Source of the DNA: Chrysomallon squamiferum
Lineage: Eukaryota; Animalia; Mollusca
DNA: 64,000 nt
Direction: 5' to 3'
Assembly: GCA_012295275.1 (NCBI GenBank)
Contig: CM022667.1
Coordinates: 19,468,001 to 19,532,000, forward strand
The position numbers and the translations under genes were made by a program. Of the stretch, positions 1-11,311 are shown piece by piece; position 1 is the first letter of the stretch, and each line of letters begins with the position of its first letter. Below the pieces are notes generated by a model. It had not been told where the DNA came from, searched no databases, and saw nothing but the letters and a program-made list of their open reading frames with translations.

Positions 1-93
1 CAGACAGATGGAAGGAGAGATGAATGGAAGGAGAGATAGATGGAAGGACAGGCTGATGCAAGGACAGACAGACGAGAGATTAAACAGACCTAC

Positions 94-246
94 CTGAGTG
101 AACATGCCATAGTTGTCGTCAGACACGTAAAACAGCTGGTCATCTGTTGGGGGCTCAGTGGCCTGTCCATACTTTCTGATCACCTTCCTCTGTCGTACCT
201 GACCAGTGTCCAGTTCCTGGTAATCACTCGCACCACTGATGTCCAT
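94..246 (-). CDS. Putative first coding exon of an unidentified minus-strand gene that continues beyond the left edge (MDISGASDYQELDTGQVRQRKVIRKYGQATEPPTDDQLFYVSDDNYGMFTQ)
   Basis: Acceptor ttttgcag ends at 283. An in-frame TAG lies upstream of the ATG at 246. There are 51 open codons with coding-like composition, then a phase-0 donor CAG|GTAGG at 93. No family recognised. Confidence 0.55.
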
Positions 247-671
247 TTCAATGACAGGCTGACATTGCTACAATAATCTGAACTGCAAAATGTGAAGAAA
301 AAATATGTTAATATTTACAATATTCATTTATTAGTTTTGTACCAGGATGCAACACTGTTAACACTTCTGTCCATCTGTTTAGTGTTAATGACAGATATAA
401 AACAAAAACAAAAAAACAAAACAAATGCAGGCAGGAAAACAATCATTAATAAAAATATAAATAATAATTAAAAAAAAACCTTCACAACTGCCTCACTCAT
501 GCAACTAAATACATTTAATAAATAATAATGATAAATATAATTTAAAAAAAATAATAATAATAATAATAAAATTAATAATAAAGACTATAGTAAAATAAAG
601 CAAAGGTGCAAATAATGTACAGAATGTTTTTTGATAATAATAGATACTGAAACAAAAATGTATATATATAC

Positions 672-1108
672 TTAAACACTATCAGGAACGCCCCTCTCCA
701 AATCTGTTCACTGCTCATTTATAAACTGTTCTCAAATTGCAGTATCATATGTGCATATTTGAAGAGATACAACTCTGATACAGTGACAGCCTTTGTTGTA
801 GTTTTCGTGTATCTATCTCCAGTTACAAATGCATCATGCAGACTGTCAGCTTTTAGCGTGGCTGTAGTTTTTTGCTGATGCAGTTGTGTATTCACGTCGT
901 CTGCTACCTGTGACTTTGTCTTCTTGACGCCCACAGCGACTTCGTTATCATCTCCACATGATAAACAAACCCGGAACTGCATCGGAACCAATTGTTAAAC
1001 ATCGATTGTCTCCCTTGAACATTATTTTTGGGGGCCTGGTCTAGGTGGGGGATACTGACAGTGCACGAACTCCCAAGAATTTTGTACACTTCAGCAGACA
1101 TTCAATGT
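672..1108 (-). other. Putative 5'UTR exon of the minus-strand gene, containing short upstream ORFs
   Basis: A GC-richer island bounded by acceptor aaatacag (ending 1109) and donor AA|GTATAT (671). No frame is open across it; ORFs are 904-1101 and 719-991. Confidence 0.35.
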
Positions 1109-1403
1109 CTGTATTTAAATTAAATGTAAATTAATTAAATTTTAAATTCAAAGGCTTCAATCGTTCAGGGCAATTTATCGTTCCAGCTTATTTCTTGAGC
1201 TATGTAAACATTTTTCGTCGTGTTAAGAGGTACATCTAGAATAAAAATGATGAAATTCTTCAATTAATTATGGTTTAAGAGAAACGATATAATAAATAAA
1301 TAAATTGTATAAAATAAAAATTAACTTTAAAAACAGAAAGAAAAATATCAATGTTTAGACAGAATTTAATAAACCTGTGTACATCATCATCGTCATCATC
1401 ATT

Positions 1404-1444
<41 letters not shown>

Positions 1445-2235
1445 TATTATTATTATTATTATTATTGTTGTTGTTGTTGTTGTTGTTGTCATCATCATCG
1501 TCATCTTTATTATCATTATACAAACGCGAGTCTTGGACTGAATTAAAAATTTTATGTAAACACATTAATGTATTCTTATTTTCTTCTCGAAATTAAATAA
1601 ATAGAAAATTTAATAAATATATTTATCGGATATTACAAAACAACTGAGAAAACAATTTATTATAAATAATGTACTGCAGTTCCTTAGTTAGGGCTTATTC
1701 TGTATAGTTATATAACAATCAAGCTGCAATCTGCGTTCTCCAGTGTCACAATAAAATACAAAATGTACAATATAACTTTGGTGGGCAATACCAGAGATAA
1801 ATCATGCAATTATGTGCCCGAACCTCAGTGGCTTACTGACTGTGATGTCTTAGAGGTTAAACGAAGTTCAGAGACTTTCACTAATCTGTGGCTTAACTCA
1901 ATGATTTAAATTGTTTACTCTGTAACAATAATAAAAAATAAAAAAATCTCTATTTGCCACATGATATCGTTTTATTCATTAATCCGTACGTGATGCATTC
2001 GTCCATCTGTTTTTGTTTACTGATTCACAGATCTGTCTTTAGAATTATCATCGAACCGGGATTTTTTTTTTTTTCATACCATTTACACTTCTCTACATCG
2101 TTTGTCCGTCCACCCGTTCATTCGTCCGTCAACAATACAAAACATCTGACAATGCACAGCGATGTCGTGTCCGTAGATCCGCTGTACGAATGTCGTGTCG
2201 CAGAGTATAAAACAGAAAAATGAACAACAGTTTAC

Positions 2236-2453
2236 CAGACCAAGTTGCATTGTGTATCTGTTTTGACATACGTATACTCAGAGTAGTTAAGATAATGTAA
2301 GTAAAACACTGGACATTGGCCTGCCTCTGTGTGATAACATGTGGGTGTGTGAATGTAACAACAGTAACGTTACTGTCAGGGTGTTTCAGGGATGCTGATT
2401 CTTAACGAAAACGGGCTGAGGTTGGAGGTGCGATCACTGACTGCAACTTTGTG
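2236..2453. promoter_or_regulatory. Candidate bidirectional promoter / paired first exons
   Basis: A minus-strand donor TG|GTAAAC at 2235 and the plus-strand ATG at 2454 with donor AG|GTAAGT at 2467 face away from each other, about 220 bp apart. Confidence 0.35.
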
Positions 2454-2466
2454 ATGAATCGCATAG
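2454..2466 (+). CDS. CUB-LDLa membrane protein, coding exon 1 (MNRI-)
   Basis: ATG AAT CGC ATA G|GTAAGT. The phase-1 join to exon 2 gives a continuous signal peptide. Confidence 0.65.
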
Positions 2467-2657
2467 GTAAGTAAATTTGATTAACGAAATAAGAAATTTA
2501 AACAGTGTGTATGTATGTGTGTGTGTCGCACACATACATATTTATATAATCTGCGATAGACGTAACTTCAGTTAGATTAAAATTTAATGTGTATTGCAGT
2601 TATAGACAAAAATGATTTAGAAAATTAAAGACACACTTTGTATATATTGTTATTTGA

Positions 2658-2750
<93 letters not shown>

Positions 2751-4030
2751 GTTTGTTTTCTCCTTAGATTTTTGTATTAGCTTTCCCTGATTCCCAGAGT
2801 GGTCAGTGTTGTTTACTAAAGTTGTGTAAAACACATTTTCTAATGTCAGTTTCAATTAACGAATAATCTCATAACTTCCCAATGAGAATTAAACGTGTTA
2901 TCTCTCTTCAATATGTCACCTAACCCAGATAATTAATTTGTGCTGTTTACAAATCGCTGTGACGTTATCAGATAAACCAGCCTAGTAACAAAATTACTGA
3001 AACAAGTACAAACATATATACATACATACATACATACATACATACATACATACATACATACATACATACATACACATACATACATACATATATATAAAAA
3101 CACATACACTTACATATACATACATACACATACATACATACATTTTTGTGTGTAGATAGATAAATATATACATACACATGTATATATAGTATACTCACAC
3201 ACATACGCATACATACACAATAACATTATACACTTACTATACAGCAAAACGCACAATAGATATACACAGACACACACATATATAAATGCATATATTTATA
3301 TACATACGAACTACATACAAATATACATGCTTACACACACACACACACATATATATATATATCTTCGAATTCAAGATTTGATAAAATATATTAAATTTTA
3401 TCACAGGGAAAAATAATGAATAGGCGGAATTTTTGTTTTACAAAATAAATTATTCTTTCATTTTGTTTTCGAATGTTCTAACTATATCAGCATTAGAGTA
3501 AATGTTTTTCTGTAATAATGATAATAATAATAATACATTTTTTATTATTATTATTATTGTCGTTGTTGTTGTTGTTGTTGTTGTTGTACATTTCATTTTA
3601 TTATTCATTATTGTTGTTAATAAATTATTTTTACTATTATCAACAACAGTAACAACAACAACAACGATAAACAAAAAATTCAAATAAATACAGACCATCA
3701 GAAAGGACTACAACAAAACAACATTACTATAATTACACTATACTGCCTACTACCACTCTTCTCTAGACGTACTAACAGACAGTATAGCGATATCTCATGA
3801 CACACTATAAGATAAAACGAGCAGTCTAAGATGTATAACTGAACGTGACCAATCACGTACATCGTGTATTGTATTTTGTGATTGATAATACGGTTCAGTG
3901 TTTGATTACCGTGTCAGCTGGAGGGCAAAGGATAACGAGATCGAATGTTCTAAGTAATTAATAAATATCCAGCTGTTAAAATCAGTTTGTTTTCTTTTGC
4001 CATTCTTTCTCCCTCTCTGTCTGTGAAAAG

Positions 4031-4179
<149 letters not shown>

Positions 4180-4488
4180 GTTTATATGTACGTATGTATA
4201 CATATATATATATATAAAACATGAAAACACATGAAGAGAAAAATATTCTCTGGCACTGCCATCTTTTGATATATATGATCAATAACTCAGGAAATTTACG
4301 TACATGAACCAGAGTTGTTATAATTAATCTTATTACTAGATGTAAGTTATCTTTATGTTTCAAAATATATGAAGGGACATTTTAATGAGCTTCGTGTCAT
4401 TTACTAAGACTTTTCTTATTATTATTGCAACTGTTTTTGTCGTATTTTTGGTTAATGGCCTTGTTAATTTTAAATTTTATGTTTTCAG

Positions 4489-4542
4489 AATGTTTTTCAC
4501 TTTTTCTGATGGTATGTACTGCCATGTTACCACTGATTACAG
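4489..4542 (+). CDS. CUB-LDLa membrane protein, exon 2 (signal peptide ECFSLFLMVCTAMLPLIT)
   Basis: ttttcag acceptor, AG|GTATTT donor, 54 nt, phase 1-1, hydrophobic. Confidence 0.75.
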
Positions 4543-4651
4543 GTATTTGTTACTAATTTTGATTTGCATTTTATGTTGTCTATAATTATACTAATATCAT
4601 TTTACATTATTATATATATTGCTATTGCCAGTGCAATAACTAGCTGTCTCA

Positions 4652-4764
<113 letters not shown>

Positions 4765-4847
4765 TCACACATATATAAAATAAATGTTTCATTTTGGTAA
4801 GCAAAATTTATTTCTTACTATAACAGACTTTATTCACGTATTTACAG

Positions 4848-5213
4848 ACACCAGGAAATGTTACCACAGTCTGGTGGCTAACAGCAGAAAACCAGTCACG
4901 CTGACACTTACAAACATGACGTCACAAGAGGTGAAATACTGCGTCCTCGAAGTTAAAAGTAAACCAGGCAGTTTGCTGTCCCTTCAGATATTCTACGTCC
5001 CACACAACCAGTCCGCCGTCAACTGCTCCAGAGACTACCTGCACGTGGGCAACGACGAGCAGACGATAGGCAAGCACACGATGACGTCATACAAATACTG
5101 CAGAGGGACTGTTGAAGAGGAGGTCGTTTCCAGGGGCAACTATCTGTGGGTTGTTTTCAAGAGGTCGTTCAAACCTGCTCTGTTAGAACTGAAATTACGT
5201 GCACAGTCGCCAG
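4848..5213 (+). CDS. CUB-LDLa membrane protein, exon 3 (CUB-like domain)
   Basis: tttacag acceptor, AG|GTAAGT donor, 366 nt. CUB-like motifs C..DYLHVG, YCRG and SRGNYLWVVF. Confidence 0.85.
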
Positions 5214-5350
5214 GTAAGTTGATAAATAAGAGACATGAAGTTAGTAAAAGAGGAAAAAATCATGTGCTTCAGTGTTTTATTGTATATGACGCACATTATA
5301 ATACAATTAATGATGTTTCTATGGTAACATCTTGCTTTATTTCTCTGCAG

Positions 5351-5467
5351 TTAATTGCAACGATTCCCATTTTCGGTGTTCCCCTGTGCAGTGCATTTCC
5401 AAAAACAAAATATGCGACGGACGAACAGACTGCAGAAACGGAAGGGACGAATTCTGTAAAATACCAG
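5351..5467 (+). CDS. CUB-LDLa membrane protein, exon 4 (LDL-receptor class A repeat 1)
   Basis: CNDSHFRCSPVQCISKNKICDGRTDCRNGRDEFC is a canonical six-Cys LDLa repeat. Boundaries are ctgcag and AG|GTAACT. Confidence 0.9.
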
Positions 5468-5630
5468 GTAACTTACAGATTTTCGTAATTGTAGTATTGT
5501 CGAAACATAGAGAAATGATCGACAGGATTATTTATTGTTCACATTTGTTTTCTATACCGATCATTTTCAAACCGAGCTTTGTGTTTTACTTGCTTTGTTT
5601 TAATTATTTCAGTATTTTTGTTGTTCTTAG

Positions 5631-5786
5631 GTTCCAGTAATGAAGTGAGGATGCCATGTTTCCGGTGTAAGAATGGCACGTGCATCAATCCACGTTTGCA
5701 GAGGTACGATGCCAACTGGGGGGTCAAGCTGTGGTACCTGTGTGACGGCTACAACCACTGTCCAGACGGCACAGACGAACGGAAAG
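5631..5786 (+). CDS. CUB-LDLa membrane protein, exon 5 (LDLa repeat 2 with loop insertion)
   Basis: CFRCKNGTCINP...YLCDGYNHCPDGTDE. Boundaries ttcttag and AG|GTTTAA, 156 nt, phase 1-1. Confidence 0.85.
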
Positions 5787-5944
5787 GTTTAAATGATGCC
5801 TTTTTGCTTCACGTTTTTATTGAATATTTTCATTCGTACTTCTGTTACCAATATAGCCGTCTAATTTTATCATCTTTATTGATGTATCATTTTTAAATAG
5901 CATCATCATTTAAAATAATGTTATTACTGATGATAATAATATTA

Positions 5945-6221
5945 CAGGTTGAGGAGCCCTTATCCGAAATTCCAAAAAACGAAATATTTTGCGAGCAGCC
6001 ATACTGGTGGTGTCTTTCTTTCGGATGGTTTTCGGATGGCTTAGTAAACTTTATTTCATGAACAAAATTATTTACAATATTATATAAAAAGTTCTGCAAA
6101 TTATCCATGCAAGCTGTATAACAAAACTAATGGGAAACTGGTTATTATCCTCTTATTCCAAAATCCAAAAAATTGAGAGATCGAAACATTTCCGATCCCC
6201 AGCCTTTCGATCCTCAGTCTA
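5945..6221. mobile_element. Tigger4/Zombi-like (pogo, Tc1-mariner superfamily) non-autonomous MITE remnant in intron 5
   Basis: Left end TA-CAGGTTGAGGAGCCCTTATCCGAAATTCCAAAAAACGAAAT and decayed right end AAACATTTCCGATCCCCAGCCTTTCGATCCTCAGTCTA-TA resemble Tigger4/MER46 termini as recalled; no database search was run. Confidence 0.6.
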
Positions 6222-6302
6222 TAGTAATAAACAAAGAAAGAAACAAACGCACATGTAGAAACACAGACAAACAAATAAATAAATAAATATTTATATTTTC
6301 AG

Positions 6303-6476
6303 ATATCTGTGTCCGGCTGAAGGGAAGGTTAAACTCCGTGTTTCAGTGTGTTCCACGTGACGTCATGTTTGGTCCAAACACGAGCGTGCTCATGTGGAAC
6401 ACTGTTCTCTGCAACAACAAGAAAGAGTGTTTCCATGGAGAGGACGAAAGTCCAGAACAGTGTTCCCCTAAAACTG
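6303..6476 (+). CDS. CUB-LDLa membrane protein, exon 6 (divergent LDLa repeat 3)
   Basis: DICVRLKGRLNSVFQCVPRDVMFGPNTSVLMWNTVLCNNKKECFHGEDESPEQC. Boundaries ttttcag and TG|GTAAAT, 174 nt. Not present in the ORF track. Confidence 0.8.
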
Positions 6477-6522
6477 GTAAATAGACACAGTTCAGACTGA
6501 TGTATCTTTCTCTTCTGATTGA

Positions 6523-6564
<42 letters not shown>

Positions 6565-6792
6565 CACACACATACACACACCATACACATACACACATAC
6601 ACACACCATACACATACACCACACACACACACACATACATACATACACACACACACACACCACAGACTCACATACACACACACATTATGTGAATACGTGA
6701 ATTTATAAAGTATATCTGTATATTTGAGTGTGTGTGTGAGTGCGTGTGTGTAAAACAAATGTTACACGTATTTTAAACTGAATATATTTCAG

Positions 6793-6888
6793 AAAAATCA
6801 CAACTCTACATGAATGTGTCCGCCATTATTTCAGTGATCGCCTTCCTTGCCGTCGTCATTGCTGTTGCCGTCTTCTTACTTTACTTAG
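6793..6888 (+). CDS. CUB-LDLa membrane protein, exon 7 (transmembrane helix)
   Basis: VSAIISVIAFLAVVIAVAVFLLYL. Boundaries tttcag and AG|GTAAAG, 96 nt. Confidence 0.85.
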
Positions 6889-7219
6889 GTAAAGCTTAGA
6901 GTTTTGTGTCATAGATACATCTAAATTAAAAAAAAAAAAAAAAAAAAAAATTAAAACAAGTTCATAATCTGTTAGAATGTCTGATATCGATGATTAATGT
7001 AGCATATAATATGTTATTTTTTTATGATAAGCATTATTTTAGTTAATCATCTTTATATATGTGTGTGTGTGTGTGTGTGTAACTGATATAACAAGTAATT
7101 ATAAATTCTTTATGTATTATTATAATACATATTCAATAATACATTTTTTGTTACTAGGACTCAATACATTACCATGTATAAATTAGAGTTCTCCAAACTG
7201 CATATTTTATCACTTTCAG

Positions 7220-7374
7220 AAAAGAGGCGCAGATCAAAACAAACGGAACCGGAAATCCAAACAGTAATTCGAACTGACACAAGAAATGCACAGTCACACG
7301 AAACTGTGGCTCTTAACAGCGACTTAGAGCAATCTACGTTTGATTCTTTCGGAATTAGACAGACAGTTCTGTGA
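7220..7374 (+). CDS. CUB-LDLa membrane protein, exon 8 (cytoplasmic tail ending -QTVL)
   Basis: ctttcag acceptor, basic stop-transfer EKRRRSK, then TGA. The eight exons sum to 1131 nt (376 aa plus stop). Confidence 0.8.
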
Positions 7375-7485
7375 CATAGTCTACAACAATCGCGTGATGT
7401 CAGTGCGGAATTCGTAGTGTCGTTAATGGAGATAATCACGTGACTCAATGCAGATTCCATGCGAAGCAAAAGGAAGAAATAACAA

Positions 7486-7533
<48 letters not shown>

Positions 7534-8311
7534 CATTATTACTGCAATCTGTACATATGCAAAGAACGAATATTACAGTGAAAGAAGGAAAGACACTATA
7601 TAATTAACTACTGGAATATGAAAAGACAGAAAGAGAAAAATAAATCAAATTTAATCAAGGTTTAAAGAATACTTCTTATAAAACTGCAATGAACAGTTCT
7701 ACCAATGACATACATATTTCAGTTTATTTATTATGTATTCGCTTATATTTTTAACATAAGCAGAAAACTGTGTTGCAAAATGTGCCTTATAATGTACTTA
7801 AGTATAATCTTAGGAACATACTCTCTAGCTTTAGTGGAACCAAATGTGTTTTAAAAATAAACGCACAAGTCGTCCTCTATAACGATTCGATCCATGAACT
7901 GTACTGGACTGATGATGAATAATCTGTGTAAATCTGGAGGAACGAATAATTTACAATGTGAAATAAATAATAAGAAGAAAGGCTGTAAAGAAGAAAAAAA
8001 AAATGCAATATAAAAATTATTAATGTTATAATTATTAATCTCTCTGAGAATAAAAATTACTTCTTGAAAATGTTCATCTCTTTGTAAACGATAAAAATAT
8101 TCTTCGGAGATACACAATAAAATAATTTGTAAAGATTTCTCTCCCTTTACAGATGATTTGTTTTAAACAGGATTATTGTGGACAGTAAAATGTACTGTTA
8201 AATTTAGTGGTAATAATATTCCTTGGCTGTGGAATATTTCACATTTCATTAATAATACGATATGGAAATATAACAGACTTAATAAATATATTTGACTTCG
8301 TTTGCGCTTTG

Positions 8312-8364
<53 letters not shown>

Positions 8365-8688
8365 TTTTTTTTTATTTCTTATTGTTTTTGTTGTTCTTTT
8401 TTCTTCTTATTTATTTATTAAATAGTTTAAGCATTTTCTAATGTTATTAAACAAGCCTTTTTATAGCCAACAACAACGACAACAACAACAACAACAATAA
8501 TAATAATAACAGTAACATTAAAACAAAAATACGAAAAAGGTAAATACTGATTCATTTAACTATTAATATATTTCTACCTATACGTACATTTGTCGTTCGT
8601 AAAAAATCCCAAAATAAAACAATATAAATTTTATTTTGATGTATTTTGATATTTTTGGTTAATATTATTTATTTAGTTAGTTATTTAG

Positions 8689-8757
<69 letters not shown>

Positions 8758-9514
8758 TAACTTTTCGCTTTGTTTGTTGTTTTATATAATTTATAGAGGT
8801 TTTATATATTTATTTATTTTCGTTTTGTTTTGTTTTATTTAATATTATTTAACCGGTTTTATATATTTTTGTTATTTTTGTACGACAATATGATGCTCAG
8901 CCTTAACAGAAAGTTCGTCTATAAACAGAAATCTTAATAGTTGCAGACGTAAATAAATCGAACACGATTGACTGGTTTCGAGCACATTTTTTAGATTAAA
9001 ATTGCGTAGCTGCATGTAAGACTCAGTCTTCTTGTAAGTTGGTCTCGTTACTTCTTTCATACTCATTTTTTAAATGTTAAATTCATTGTTTTTTCTCATT
9101 TATCTGTTCTTCCAGCTTTTAATACAATTTTATTTTATGCACGAATATTGCTTTTATTACAATTTAAACCGTAACGCATAAAAAGGTTGCGGACATGTGA
9201 GTAAGTTCACTAACCGGCGTTAAGCCAAACTGTTACCCGTGTTGAATATATCCTCATTTCTAGATTAAAAATATTTTTAAATATTTCTGTTTGAAAGTAC
9301 ATATACTTAAAATTAAGGAAATTGAGCGGTTTAGGTTTGTGTCTGGATTAGCAGAGGATTTTACTCAATATTTTACTGTTTGTACTGATATAAAAAGATC
9401 ATATAAAATTAAATAAACGCACTTTCGCTTGCCAGATTACTTCAATTACTGCATTGTTAATGTTGTCGTAGAATTCATTTCAGTACAAATACCCCTCTCT
9501 TTTGCACTCTGTCT

Positions 9515-9549
<35 letters not shown>

Positions 9550-9644
9550 AACACGCGCGCAGTTTCTATCTTATAAATAAAATAAAATAAAATAAATGCC
9601 TTTCTTATAGATACTAAATTAAAAGAAAAAGAAAACTACTGTAC

Positions 9645-10025
9645 ATGGCGTGTTCCGCTGGGAGCCAGACTCAGTTTCAAGACTTTTTCAATAGTTTTCC
9701 TGACAAAGATGATCTTATTAAAGAGGTGAAAACTTCCGAAGTCCTTGGCCTTGCTTTCCTGGGTCTGTTAGACCGATGTATTAGCAAGGCGTTTGAAGCC
9801 AGGTACGAAGTTTGTCTTGCAGACTGCGACATTTTACTGGACATGACGTGGGAGAAACTGAACACAGGTTACTGGAAGGACGTACATTTGGACTGGAGAC
9901 GCGTGTACACCGTTATCAGCGTCGTCAAAGTATTTTGTCAATGTCATCTTTTGAAAAACAAACTCACCAGTAATGATTCCGAGATAAAACAGACAGAAGA
10001 TTCATCTCTTGCAGACAAAATGTGA
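9645..10025 (+). CDS. KDM8: JMJD5/KDM8 JmjC hydroxylase, N-terminal part (before the frame break)
   Basis: ILLDMTWEKLNTGYWKDVHLDWRRVY matches the JMJD5 N-terminal motif WEKLNTGxWxDVxxxWRRVY. A probable 5'UTR intron runs from 9197 or 9201 to 9610 (ttcttatag). Confidence 0.9.
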   Translation: MACSAGSQTQFQDFFNSFPDKDDLIKEVKTSEVLGLAFLGLLDRCISKAFEARYEVCLADCDILLDMTWEKLNTGYWKDVHLDWRRVYTVISVVKVFCQCHLLKNKLTSNDSEIKQTEDSSLADKM

Positions 10026-11311
10026 GTAATCAAGCAGCAGACGACAGTGTTTCGGGTCCCTCTGCTGCTCCACCAGACAATGTGACGTCATCATCAGATG
10101 ACAGTAAGAACGTAGTGACTGAAGAAAATAAAGTTGCAACTCCAGATAAAGTCAAGGAATCCTTTATCAAAGATACAAATTCTCTAAAGTCAGACGCACT
10201 TGAGGGTAACGAAATTCTGGATTCTGACTTATCGAACATTGTTTCGAAAACAGACGATGAAAGAAAAGTGTTTGCTGCAGATGCAGTGTCCGGAGCAGAC
10301 GAGAAAAATAAAACTGGTTTAACTGATGAAATGCAAAAGATGATTCTGAAGAATATTTCTTTAGCAGACGTATTGAAGTCATGTGACATGGGACTGTTGA
10401 TGGGGGCTCCTCTGTTGGACAATATTTTAGCAAAACTTTCAACAAAAATTCATTTAGTATTTGGGAATCCTAGAAAAAGAAACATGGCGGCTATTAACAA
10501 CGTGGATGAATCTTGTAACAAAAAAATTAAAAATTGTTTGGAAGGTGACGTGGAGAGTGAACACGATACGAAAAGCGGACTCGACACAAATGAAATTTCG
10601 GAATCGGTTGAACGAGTCAGTTGTCCGTCATTAGAAAGCTTCAGGAAGAATTACGTGGAGACAAATACGCCAGTGATAATAACCAACGCAATCGACTTTT
10701 GGCCTGCTTTTCGAGACAGGAGATGGACTGTGGATTACATCAAGGACGTGGCAGGCTACAGGACTGTTCCTATCGAACTGGGCTCCAAGTACACCGAGGA
10801 CACGTGGTCTCAGGATCTCATGACGGTAAAAGACTTCATTGAGAAGTTCATAGAGAATAAGAATCCCCCCACCACTGGCTACCTCGCCCAGCACCAGCTC
10901 TTTGACCAGGTGCCCGAACTGCAAAACGACATAGTTATTCCTACGTATTGTTGTCTCGGTAACGGCGATGACGTAGAAACGAACGCGTGGTTCGGACCGA
11001 AGAACACGGTGTCTCCTCTTCACTTCGACGCCAAACAAAACCTTCTGGCACAGGTGCTTGGAGAGAAGCACATAAAACTTTATTCCAACGAGTACGCCGA
11101 CAGCCTTTACCCTCATCCCGACCGTCTGTTGTTCAACACCTCGCAGGTGGACGCGGAAACGCCAGACTTGGAACAGTTTCCACGATTCGCTGACGTGCCG
11201 TGTAAAGAGTGTGTGCTGCGAGCTGGAGAACTGCTGTACATTCCAGCCGAATGCTGGCACTTCGTCAGGTCGCTGTCAGTCAGCTTCTCTGTCAGCTTTT
11301 GGTGGGAATGA
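10022..11311 (+). CDS. KDM8: JMJD5/KDM8 JmjC hydroxylase, C-terminal part with the complete JmjC domain
   Basis: CDMGLLMGAP, RTVPIELGSKYT, GYLAQHQLFDQVPEL, NAWFGP..TVSPLHFD (HxD), WHFVRSL (distal His) and terminal SFSVSFWWE. It lies in the -1 frame relative to the N-terminal ORF. Confidence 0.95.
   Translation: MSNQAADDSVSGPSAAPPDNVTSSSDDSKNVVTEENKVATPDKVKESFIKDTNSLKSDALEGNEILDSDLSNIVSKTDDERKVFAADAVSGADEKNKTGLTDEMQKMILKNISLADVLKSCDMGLLMGAPLLDNILAKLSTKIHLVFGNPRKRNMAAINNVDESCNKKIKNCLEGDVESEHDTKSGLDTNEISESVERVSCPSLESFRKNYVETNTPVIITNAIDFWPAFRDRRWTVDYIKDVAGYRTVPIELGSKYTEDTWSQDLMTVKDFIEKFIENKNPPTTGYLAQHQLFDQVPELQNDIVIPTYCCLGNGDDVETNAWFGPKNTVSPLHFDAKQNLLAQVLGEKHIKLYSNEYADSLYPHPDRLLFNTSQVDAETPDLEQFPRFADVPCKECVLRAGELLYIPAECWHFVRSLSVSFSVSFWWE

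Noticed and set aside
672-720. EQIWRGAFLI resembles the METTL22 motif QVWRGALLLAD
   Set aside because: The match is about 8 residues, is preceded by a stop, and the following exon has no methyltransferase motif I in any frame.
10022-10025. Bacterial-style GTGA stop/start translational coupling
   Set aside because: The locus is eukaryotic and the two ORFs are halves of one known protein.
10030-11260. Antisense ORFs over JMJD5 (and similar ones over the zinc-finger gene and RGK exon 1)
   Set aside because: They are shadow ORFs caused by the codon bias of the real genes.
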